Assembly: GCF_006345805.1 (NCBI RefSeq)
Contig: NC_043006.1
Coordinates: 53,134,001-53,198,000, forward strand
Length of the DNA: 64,000 nt
Direction of reading: 5' to 3'
From: Octopus sinensis
Lineage: Eukaryota
The notes below the pieces were generated by a model that saw only the letters and a program-made list of their open reading frames with translations, was not told the origin of the DNA and ran no database searches. The translations under genes were made by a program, and so were the position numbers. This document shows positions 25,187 through 37,262 of the stretch, in pieces. The stretch's first letter is position 1; each line of letters opens with the position of its first letter.

Positions 25187-25707
25187 GCAAATCAAACAGT
25201 GAAAAACATAAGCCAATACATAAAATTAATTTAGAAATATAAAAGTTAAAAATTTTTTAAATATTTAAATAATTTAAACTTATAAATTTTAAATATATAT
25301 ATACAAATATATATATATATATGTATGTATATTAATATATATATATATATATTATTTTATTTATTAATTAATTTATTTATTAATTTATTTATTTATTTAT
25401 TAATTTTTTTATATAAATATCAAAAGTATCAAAAGTTTAATAAAAGATAAAGAGTAAAACACTACGATCGTTTCATGGCTGAAACTTTTAATACTTTTGA
25501 TATTTATATAAAAAAAATTAATAAATAAATCAATAAATAAAATAATATGTAAATATAAAAATACACATACATATATATATATATATATAAATATATATAT
25601 TTAAAATTTATAAGTTTAAATTATTTAAATAATTTTTTAATTTTTAACTTTTATATTTTTTAATTAATTTTATGTATTGGCTTATGTTTTTCACTGTTTG
25701 ATTTGCC
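25186..25707. mobile_element. 522-bp AT-rich foldback element flanked by TA (MITE-like)
   Basis: Outer ~45 bp perfectly inverted, inner arms imperfect, 43-nt spacer 25439-25481; TA at 25184-25185 and 25708-25709. Confidence 0.7.
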
Positions 25708-25825
25708 TAATAGTGGTTTTATCTCTAATTTAATATCATATAATATATATATTTATACTATAAAATTGGATTTAATCCTAAATCTAATTTTTCCCTGATA
25801 TTAAGTATTGGATTTATTATACTAT

Positions 25826-25828
25826 ATA

Positions 25829-25882
<54 letters not shown>

Positions 25883-26030
25883 GCACATATATATATATAT
25901 ATATATGTATATATGCACATATATATGTATATATGCACATATATATGTATATATGCACATATATATGTATGTATATATGCATATATATATATATTTGCAT
26001 ATATATATATGTATATATGCATATATATAT
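25826..26030. repeat. (TA)n plus 18-bp atatatatgtatatatgcac-type minisatellite
   Basis: Direct. Confidence 0.9.
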
Positions 26031-26033
26031 GTT

Positions 26034-26302
26034 GCCAGCCTCGCCTGGCCCCCGTGCCGGTGGCACGTAAAAAGCACCATCCGTCCGTGGCCGTCTGCCA
26101 GCTCCGTCTGGCACATGTGTGGGTGGCACGTAAAAAGCACCCACTATACTCACGGAGTGGTTGGCGTTAGGAAGGGCATCCAGCCGTAGAAACACTGCCA
26201 GATCAGACTGGGCCTGATGCAGCCTTCTGACTTCACAGACCCCAGTTGAACCGTCCAACCCATGCTAGCATGGAAAGCAGACGCTAAATGATGATGATGA
26301 TG
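26034..26302 (+). mobile_element. RTE LINE 3'UTR fragment with (GAT)n tail
   Basis: Same sequence lies directly 3' of the RTE ORF end at 42276-42850. Confidence 0.8.
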
Positions 26303-26369
26303 AGGATATATGCATATATATATGTATACATGCATATATATATGTATATATATGGATATATGTATATAC

Positions 26370-26615
26370 CCTTTACTCTTTTACTTGTTTCAGTCATTTG
26401 ACTGCGGCCAGGCTGGAGCACCGCCTTTAGTCGAGCAAATCAACCCCGGGACTTATTCTTTGTAAGCCCAGTACTTATTCTATCGTCTCCTTTGCCGAAC
26501 CGCTAAGTGACGGGGACGTAACACACCAGCATCGGTTTGTCAAGCAATGCTAGGGACAAACACACACACAAACATATACACACATACATTACATATATAT
26601 ATATATATATATATA

Positions 26616-26661
<46 letters not shown>

Positions 26662-26805
26662 CAGGCTTCTTTCAGTTTCCGTCTACCAAATCCACTCACA
26701 AGGCACTGGTCGGCCCGGGGCAATAGCAGAAGACACTTGCCCAAGATGCCACGCAGTGGGACTGAACCCAGAACCATGTGGTTGGTAAGCAAGCTACTTA
26801 CTACA
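26370..26805 (-). mobile_element. SINE family A
   Basis: Reverse complement of the A consensus. Confidence 0.9.
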
Positions 26806-26931
26806 CATGCATATATATATATATGGATATATGTATGTATGCATATATATATGTATGTATGCATATATATATGTATGTATGCATAAATATATATATGGAT
26901 GCATATATATATATATATATATATATACATA

Positions 26932-28508
26932 CATTTGCGGCCAAAATGTTCAGAACGGCATTGTTTTCGTCAGAAAAGTAGATATGTTTTTATCAAAGTT
27001 GTTTTATATTCTATAATTTTTACAGACAATAAATACAATATTAATTGTTATCGTCTGAGATTTTGGTGTAATTTGAGAGGATAATACAAAAGTTATGGAT
27101 GATTTAGTGATTTACTGCAAAACCCATGGCGGCCAAAATGATCAGAACGGTTAAAAAAATAACAAAATAATCAAAAATGACAGAGAATACTGGAATTATT
27201 TAATATTTAGTGTGAAGCCCTTTAGCTTCAATCACACTTCGACATCTTCGACAGCATGACAAAATTAAATTTTCAATTTCTTGCTGGGTGATCTTATTCC
27301 ATTCTTCCTGAAGGGCATTCCATAATTGCTCGGTTGTTTTAGGATTTCTGCCTTTCGAACGTTCTCCTAGAATATTCCACACATTTTCAATAGGATTGAG
27401 ATCTGGGCTTTGAGCAGGCCAATCCATAATAATAAACTTTTCAACCTTGAGGAAGTTCATGACCACTTTAGCCTTGTGGCATGGGGCATTGTCCTGCATG
27501 AATATGGGTGGTCGCTTAGTTGAATTTCTCAGTACAGGCAAGACATGATCTTTTACAAGTTGTTTATAAACTCCTGCATTTACCTTTCCATGTAATTGCA
27601 AAAAGGGCCCACACCATCTCCAGATATCATCCCCCAAACCATGACACTTCCTCCACCGAATTTAACACTAGTCTTAAGGCATTTAGGCAACAATTTTTCA
27701 CCTACTTTTCGACGAACGTACCTTTTCCCATCTGAGCCAAATAACATAAACTTAGATTCATCACTGAAATGCACCGTTTGCCATTTTTCTTGAAACCACA
27801 ACACATGTTCGGTTGCAAAGGTAAGACGACACTTTTTATTCTTGGAGCTGATTAGTGGCTTCACTGCAGGTGCTCTTGCTTGTAGGTCATGTTCAACTAA
27901 ATGACGAGACAGTTTTTCGAGATAAAGTTTTCTTCAGTACAATGTTCATTTCCCGAGAAACAGCAGTAGCAGTTTTAAATCTGTCCTTTTTAACCAACTT
28001 TACCATAGCACGATCTTCTCTCTTGGTCATTTTTCTAGACCTTAAGAATACCGTGAACAACACTTTTTGACTTGTTAACAATCTTTGCAATAGAACCAAT
28101 ACTTAAGTTATCCTTCTTTCGAAGCTTAATAATCTGCTGACGAATTGGTAACGGAGTAAGTGGCATTATATTTACAAAGTACACTGCAGATATTCTTACT
28201 AATGTTTAGTAAACGAACCGTTACGTAAACAAATTTAAAACATTAGAGTTCGAGGGTTAAATATACTAAAACACAGAGTAAAAGCAACCGTTCTGCTCAT
28301 TTTGGCCGGCATGGGTTTTGCAGTAAATCACTAAATCATCCATAACTTTTGTATTATCCTCTCAAATTACACAAAAATCTCAGACAATAACAAATAATAT
28401 CATATTTATTGTCTGTGAAAATTATAGAATATAAAACAACTTTGATAAAAACTTATATCTACTTTTCTGACGAAAACAATGCCGTTCTGAACATTTTTGC
28501 CGCAACTG
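26932..28508 (-). mobile_element. Tc1-family transposon (DD34E) with ~220-bp IR/DR terminal repeats, TA target
   Basis: TIRs 26932-27152 and 28286-28508; direct repeat gcggccaaaatg(t/a)tcagaacgg at both ends of each TIR; TA on both flanks. Confidence 0.95.
27200..28166 (-). pseudogene. Tc1 transposase pseudogene
   Basis: MPLTPLPIRQQIIKLRKKDNLSIGSIAKIVNKSKSVVHGIL (HTH), VHFSDESKF, FMQDNAPCH, WPAQSPDLNPIENVW (34 residues D to E); deletion, stops and frameshifts. Confidence 0.92.
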
Positions 28509-28509
28509 T

Positions 28510-28592
28510 ACATGTATGTATGCATTTATATATGTATGCATATATATATGTATGTATGCATATATATGTATGTATGCATATATATGTATGTA

Positions 28593-28631
<39 letters not shown>

Positions 28632-30509
28632 GCATATATATATGTACGCATATATATATATGTACGCATATATATATATGTACGCATATATATCTATGTA
28701 CGCATATATATATATATGTACGCATATATATATATGTACGCATATATATATATATGTACGCATATATATATATGTACGCATATATATATATATGTACGCA
28801 TATATATATATATATATGTACGCATATATATATATATGTACGCATATATATATATATATATGTATGCATATATATATATATATATGTACGCATATATATA
28901 TATATATATATATGTATGCATATATATATGTATGCATATATATATATATGTATGCATATATATATATATATGTAGGTATACATATGTATATGTATGCATA
29001 TATATATATATATATGTAGGTATACATATATGTATGCATATATATATATATATGTAGGTATACATATATATATGTAGGTATACATATATATATGTAGGTA
29101 TACATATATATATGTATGCATATATATATATATATGTAGGTATACATATATATATGTATGCATATATATATATATATGTAGGTATACATATATATATGAT
29201 GTATACATATATATATGTATGCATATATATATTATGTATGCCATATATATATATATGTATGCATATATATATATGTAGGTATCATATATATATGTAGTAA
29301 GCTATACATATATATATGTATGTATACATATATATATGTATGCATATATATATGTAGGTATGTATACATATATATATATATATGTATGCATATATATATA
29401 TATATTGTAGGTATACATATATATATATATATGTTATATATATATATATATATATATATGGTATACATATATATATATAATATTTATATAGGTATACATA
29501 TATATATATGTATATATATATTTATATAGGTATACATATATATATATGTATATAATATTTATATAGGTATACATATATATATAGTATATATATATATATA
29601 TGTGTATATATATATAATATATGTGTATATAATATATATATGTGTATTATATATATATATATGTGTTATATATATATTATATTAATATATATATATATAT
29701 AGGTATACATCTATATATGATATATATATGTATGTATAATATCTCATATGTATGCATATATATATGTAGGTATACCTTATATAGGAGGTATAACATATAT
29801 ATATGTAGGTATACTATATATATGTATGCATATATATATATGTAGGTATACATATATATATATATGTATGCATATATATATGTATGCATATATATATGGT
29901 GCATATATATATATGTATGCATATATATATGTAGGTATACATATATATATATATGTATGCATATATATATGTATGCATATATATATGTATGCATATATAT
30001 ATATGTATGCATATATATATGTAGGTATACATATATATATGTATGCATATATATATGTATGCATATATATATATATATATGTAGGTATACATATATATAT
30101 GTATGCATATATATGGTATGCATATATATATATATATATATATGTATGCATATATATATGTATGCATATATATATTATTATATATGTAGGTATACATTAT
30201 ATATATGTAGCATAGATATATGTATGCATATATATATGTATGCATATATATATGTAGGTATACATATATATATATATATGTAGGTATACATATATATATG
30301 TATGCATATATATATGTATGCATATATATGTATGCATATATATGTAGGTATACATATATAATATATATATATATGTAGGTATACATATATATATAATGTA
30401 TAATATATATATATATAGGTATACATATATATATATATGTATATATAATATTATATATATAGGTATACATATATATATAATGTTATATATAATAATATAG
30501 GTAACATAC

Positions 30510-30541
<32 letters not shown>

Positions 30542-30595
30542 ACATATATATATATATATGTATGCATATGTATGTATATATATGTATGTATACAT

Positions 30596-30630
<35 letters not shown>

Positions 30631-30700
30631 CATATATATATATGTATGTATGCATATATATATGTATGTATATATGTATGTATGCATATATATATGTATG

Positions 30701-30734
<34 letters not shown>

Positions 30735-31490
30735 CATATATATATGTATGTATGCATATATATATGTATGTATGTATATATATATGTATGTATGCACATA
30801 TATATGTATGTATGCACATATATATGTATGTATGCACATATATATGTATGTATGCACATATATATGTATGTATGCATGCATATATGTATGTATGCATGCA
30901 TATATGTATGTATGCATGCATATATGTATGTATATATGTATGCATGCATATATGTGTATATCTGTATGCATGCATATATGTGTATATCTGTATGCATGCA
31001 TATATATGTATGCATATATATGTATATATATATATGTATGCATATATATGTATATATATATATATATGTATGCATAGATATGTATATATGTATGTATATA
31101 AATATATGTATATATATGTGCATATATGTATGCATATATGTGCGTATATGTGTATGCATATATGTGCGTATATGTGTATGCATATATGTGCGTATATGTG
31201 TACATATATGTGTGCGTATATGCGCATATATCTATGCATATATGTGTGCGTATATGTGCATATATCTATGCATATATGTGCGTATATGTATGCATATATG
31301 TGCGTATATGTATGCATATATGTGCGTATATGTATGCATATATGTGCGTATATGTATGCATATATGTGCGTATATGTATGCATATATGTGCGTATATGTA
31401 TGCATATATGTGCGTATATGTATGCATATATGTGCATATATGTATGCATATATGTGCATATATGTATGCATATATGTGCATATATGTATG

Positions 31491-31528
<38 letters not shown>

Positions 31529-31700
31529 TGTATATATATGTGTGTGTGTGTATACATACGTACGTATATATGTATGCATATATATATGTTATAGCTGAGT
31601 ATGTGCGTGGCTGTATGCGCGCGTTTGTATGTGTGTGTGTGTATGTATATGCTTGTGCATGTATATACTTTTGTGTATGTATATATACACGCATACAAAT
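28510..31700. repeat. 3.2-kb compound TA-rich micro/minisatellite with successive unit domains
   Basis: Blocks of TATGTATGCA, TATGTACGCA, TATGTAGGTATACA, TATGTATGTATACA, TATGTATGCACA and 20-bp tatgtatgcatatatgtgcg units. Confidence 0.95.
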
Positions 31701-32209
31701 ATAGAATTCTAAATAACCTGACAGGTGTTAAACACGCCCATAATATCTCTGTCTTCGTCAGGAGCGTGTTTTATACTACAACTACTACTACTAATAGCAA
31801 TATCGTAAACATTAGCAACCAGTACCGCTAGGCTTCATGCTGTCCCATTCACAGTGGAGGTGTGTGTGCACGTGTTTTGCGGAAGGGGAATTTCAGTGTT
31901 ATTAAGTGCATAAGGTGACTCGGTACACTCATATAAAAAAAAAGGGAAGAAAAAACGTAGCTTAAAGGAAACTAGTGAAAAAATTTGTGGAAGTGATCTA
32001 CGTACATTAAATGAGAATTGTTTGTATTTGAGTAACTGTGAATGAATGAATGATTATTGATGTTTTCACAAAATCACGTGTATCTACTACTTATAAATGC
32101 CAGTATGTGTGTGTGTGTACGTGCATATTTATTCATGTAGTCATTTATTCCAATTTTGGGACTCCAATACTTTGTTATTATCATCATCATCATCATTGTT
32201 ATTAATATT

Positions 32210-32660
32210 AAGGCGGCGTGCTGGCAGAATCGTTACCAAGCCGGGCTAAATACTTAGCAGCGTTTCCTCTATCTTCACATTCTGAGGTCAACCCTGCCTT
32301 TCATCCTTTCGGGGTCGATAAATTAAGTACCTATTTCTTTATTACTCACAAGGGGCTAAACACAGAGGGGACAAACAAGGACAGACATGGGTATTAAGTC
32401 GATTACATCGACCCCAGTGCGTAACTGGTACTTAATTTATCGACCCCGAAAGGATGAAAGGCAAAGTCGACCTCGGCGGAATTTGAACTCACAACGTAAC
32501 GCAGACGAAATACCGCTAAGCATTTCGCCCGGCGTGCTAACGTTTCTGCCAGCTCGCCGCCTTCCGATAAATTAAGTACCAGTGAAACACTGGAGTCAAT
32601 GTAATCGACTTGCCCATCCCCCGAAATTGCTGGCCTTGTGACAAAATTTGAAATCATTAT
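32210..32660 (+). mobile_element. SINE B host copy interrupted by an antisense SINE B (32332-32564) with 16-bp TSD
   Basis: CGATAAATTAAGTACC at 32316-32331 and 32565-32580. Confidence 0.9.
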
Positions 32661-32667
32661 TATTATC

Positions 32668-32703
<36 letters not shown>

Positions 32704-32705
<2 letters not shown>

Positions 32706-32917
32706 GGCGGTGAGCTGGCAGAATCGTTAGCACGCCAGATAAAATACTTAGCACTATCTCGTCCATCTTTATGTTCTAAGTTCAAATTCCGCCGAGGTCG
32801 ACTTTACCTTTCATCCTTCGGGATCGATAAAATCGATGTACCAGTTATGCACTGGAGTCGATGTAATCGACTACCCCCTCCCACAAAATTTCAAGCCTTC
32901 TATCTTCTGCAGAAAGG

Positions 32918-32974
<57 letters not shown>

Positions 32975-33510
32975 AAGGCGACGAGGTGGCACAATCGTTA
33001 GCACGCCGGGCAAATGCTTCGCGGCATTTCGTCCATCTTTACGTTCTGAGTTCAAGTTTCGCCGAGGCCGACTTTGTCTTTCATCCTTCCGGGGTCGATA
33101 AACGTGCTAACGTTTCGACGAGCTGGCAGAAACGTTAGCACGCCGGGCGAAATGCGTATCCGTATTTCGTCTGCCGTTACGTTCTGATTCAAATTCCGCC
33201 GAGGTCGACTTTGCCTTTCATCCTCTCGGGGTCGATAAATTAAGTATCAGTTACGCACTGGGATCGATATAATCGACTTAATCCCTTTGACTGTCCTTGT
33301 TTGTCCCCTCTGTGTTTAGCCCCTTGTGGATAGTAAAGAAATAGGTATTTCGTCGGCCGTTACGTTCTGAGTTCAAATTCCGCCGAGGTCGACTTTGCCT
33401 TTCATCCTTTCGGGGTTGATAAATTAAATACCAATGAATGACCGAGATCGATGTAATCGACTCATCCCTTCCCCACAAAATTGCTGCCCTTGTGACAAAA
33501 TTTGAAACCA
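32704..33510 (+). mobile_element. Cluster of SINE B copies interspersed with (ATT)n tails
   Basis: Heads near 32704, 32974 and 33117; tail-2/truncated-copy junction at about 33342. Confidence 0.9.
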
Positions 33511-35454
33511 TTATTATTATTGTTGTTGTTGTTGATGTTAGTTACATTGAACCTTCTTGCACAAAGCTATATTTTCTGTGTCGCTGCTAAACATTTATCT
33601 GTAGAATAACAATAACTGATCGTTTCCGCAAGTCAGTTCTAAATTCTATTTTTCTTGTGGATATCGGCAGCTTGAGCCTTGAGCGCGCTGTAAAATTGCT
33701 TTTATAGTAAGTTGAACGAAATCTTGATATTTCGGTTGTTTCCGTACATTATCGGTTTCTGTTCTAATGTGTATATAAACACCAATACACACGTACTCAC
33801 ACTCGCTGATTATTGATTTCTGTGATTATCTGTCAGACACACAATATGTCCGGAAATATACACATACACAGACACACACACAAAGCAGAAGTGAACTATT
33901 GGTGAACATAGAATCATGACATATATGTGCTTGTACACATTTCCTGTTTCCTGTTATTTGGGAACCGTTTATCAAGTCGCACATATGACAACACATCTCA
34001 TCGAATCCATAGAAAACCTATTATATATTCTAGTACTTTTATAACATTTATTTATAGTTATCTCACCTAACTTCTTTATCGTCCTTGATGGTTATAACTA
34101 GTAATATTCACTGTCATAGTCACTACTTCGTGCGCTTGAAACTATGATGCCAACATCACAAAAGGGAGTTACTGTGAAAACGATGAGCTACAAGCTGTTA
34201 AAAAGTGATACGATTCTTTGATGACCGGATCAGAATGCCACATCCATGAGCAACACACGTTTGCTCGATCAGACGGCATATCCATGAGTTTATAATTTGT
34301 TTCCTGTCGCCGATGTTATGCTGTATCTAATTCTAATCTCAAGCCCACAGACAGCTTCCACTTCCCTCTGTTTCTTGCGTAGCTACTATAGTATCCTCAG
34401 CTATTCTCCGGCCACCACCACTCAGGCTCGCTCGGTTTGTTTCTTCTGTTTTAGACACTTGTGTCTCCACCCCACTCCTCAACAACTACTTCGCATAGAT
34501 TTTACTTCCTAGACCACTAACTCACTTCTCTGCCCATGTTTGTCACGCAACCGTCAAACTGATATCAGGGGAGGAGTTGATCTTACTAATCTCGGAAGAA
34601 TTGCACTTATTTCTGGAATCCCTGTCTATCAATAGGTCAAAATAACTCTTCAAGCTGCGTTTATTCATGAATCAAGATACTTGACTCTGGAAACTGTCCA
34701 TCCTTAGGTCAAGACACTTTATAGACTATGTATATAGTTTAATACGTTAAACTATTGAAACTGTATCTATCCATGAGACTAAGGTACTTAACTATCACCT
34801 ATGGTAACCAACCATAAGTAAAGGTACTTAAAACGAGTCATTGCCGATCCATGGACAAAGCAACTCTGGAGACTATATCCATCCATCGGCCAGGACTCTT
34901 AGCTCTGCTTATTGTATCCATTTTTTGATTATCTTTTGATGATGATAGTTCTCTGACGTTATCGTAGTTGTTTGACGGTCAAAACACTTAAGTCTCTAGA
35001 GCATCTATCCATGGCCATGACATCCAAACCTTAAAAACAGTCTTTTTAATTTTTTTCAAGTTTGGGTTGTATCGATAGACTACTTACAGTCCCTCCGAAA
35101 CTTGTGAGATTGATGCTGCTAATATTCTGCTTCAAACAATTCATAAACAATTTCTTTACTATATATTTGATACAAATGTTGGCAACCACTGAGACAAATT
35201 TCTTCGACATACAACAGTGATCAACATACAAGAACCACCGATAATAATCCGTAGTAGTTGTTTAGACCCTAGTCAGTTCTGGTTGAGTAAACTTACTGTC
35301 AAATCATAACCAGTTTATCTTAAAATGATTTGCCTAAGACAAATTACCCGAAGTTCTAGTGGTGTCTGTCTATTTTTCTTTTTAATTGATAATGTGTTAT
35401 TTTAGGGAGATCTAGTTGGTATCATGTTAGTTTTATTGTTTCAAGTCATTATTA

Positions 35455-35860
35455 TAAATATCGGAGTAGATTGGCAGAATCGATAAGATGCTTGTCTAAA
35501 TATGTTGCGGTATTTAGTTAGGTCTCTTTACGTTCCGAGTTCAAATCTCGTTGAACTCGACATTTTCTTTCGTTATTTCGGGATTGATAAAATAAAATAC
35601 TAGTCAAGAACTGGTGTCAATTTAATCGATTTACCCCTGTCCTAAAATTGCTGGCCTTGAACTTAAATTAGCAATTATTATTATAACCAGTACAATGACA
35701 GAATAGGTAGAGCAGTAAACAAAATGTATTACAGTTTAGTCAAGTCTTTTGATGTTCTGAGCTCGAGTAAACTTTGTTATTTATCCTCCCAGGGTCCAGC
35801 CAAGTATTGGGGTCAATTAAATTGACACCTTCCCACTTCCGACCTTGTATCAGTGTCGGA
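35455..35860 (+). mobile_element. Degenerate SINE B copies
   Basis: ggagtagattggcagaatcg...gagttcaaatctcg. Confidence 0.7.
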
Positions 35861-36390
35861 AATCCTTATTATTTGGTTTGCTTTTATAAAATCTCAGGAT
35901 GGTACATTGGAGTGGTTTAAGATAAAGAAGAAACGGAACATAATCCTCCAAATTTGAAAATATGAACCATGGATGTGTGTGCGTGCGTGTGTGCATGCGC
36001 GCGTGCGTGTGTGCGTATGTGTGTAAACAAATGGGGAAGTGACCACTCGATGTAGATTGTAGTTTTTATTAGTTTACTGAAACTTTAACACCATTAGGGT
36101 AATATGTGCGCTTGCGTGTCATGAAGTTTCCGGTTCGATCCCTATGTTCAATGTCTTCGGTGTCTTTTATATCCTCTAAGTAAATCTACGCCTTGTAGTG
36201 GATATTAGGTGGATAGAAACTGTGGAAGACCGAAGTTGTTGATGCTCCGAGACAGTTTTTGCAGCGAGGATCTTTCCGCGTTTCAGTGTCCTCAAATGTA
36301 TTAAGTATAACTATGCACAGCTTTATTTTTACCATTACTGCCTTAGTGTATCTCTGGTTAAAGGATATGTTATTTATCCTCAAATTATTA

Positions 36391-36902
36391 CCGTAAATCC
36401 TCAAGTATAGTCCGCCCTTGAGTACAATACGCAGGGGATTTTTAGGGGGCTGTACCTCTGAAAAACCTAAACCTTGTGTGTAATACGCACCCCTTCTCTA
36501 ACTTGAGTCAAGGAGGTCTATATAACGTCTTTGGTTTGTAAAAATGTATACGGTAACGTCCTTTATTATTATTGTATATATAACATAATGCAAACGTGTA
36601 GCTTTTTTTGTGCATTTTGTTTGCAGAAAATACAGAAATAACAGTAATAACGTTTAATAAATGTTGCTTACTGCAAGTTATGGATGTTTCTTTTATGACT
36701 TCATTGCTTTCAGGCTTAGCTTAATGTATTTTCGCGCCCGATATCACAAAATGCCTCTGAATAAACATTGCCGGACAGCAAATAGAGACTCGGACATTGC
36801 TTAGAAGATAATTTTCATTTTTAACCTTGTATATAGTACGCACTAAAGATTTTGACCCTTAAATTTGGGGGGGGGGGGCGGATTATACTCGAGGATTTAC
36901 GG
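36391..36902. mobile_element. pogo/Tc2-like non-autonomous DNA transposon (MITE), 512 bp
   Basis: TA-CCGTAAATCCTCAAGTATAGTCCGC ... GCGGATTATACTCGAGGATTTACGG-TA. Confidence 0.88.
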
Positions 36903-37049
36903 TAATTAAAAAAGTGTATTGTTTATAGAAGAATAAATGCTAATATTTAGCAAACAAATGGGTTATTATATTTTGAAATAGTCTAATGACTTATGGGCCG
37001 CCCTTTGTGTGTGTGTGTGTGTGTATACATACATACACACACATATATA

Positions 37050-37262
37050 TAGGTGAAAGCATGATTGTGTAGTAAGAAGCTTGTTTCCCGGCCATATGTA
37101 TCTAGGTTTCAGTTCCATTGCATGGCACCTTGATTAAGTACCTTCTACTATAGTCTAAAGCCAACCAGGCTTACAAAGAATAAGTCCTGCGGTCGATTTG
37201 TTCGACTAAAGGTTGTGCTCCAGCATGGCCACAGTCAAATGTCTGAAACAAGTAAAAGAGTA
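37050..37262 (+). mobile_element. SINE family A with internal deletion
   Basis: Head joined directly to tail at ..gccaaccaggcttacaaagaataag.. Confidence 0.8.

Noticed and set aside
28409-31831. Many long ORFs (up to 415 aa) rich in Y/I/C/M/H
   Set aside because: Translations of TA-rich satellite, which lacks stop codons in several frames.
35088-35126. 39-nt minus-strand micro-exon candidate
   Set aside because: Good donor but weak acceptor and no partner exon.
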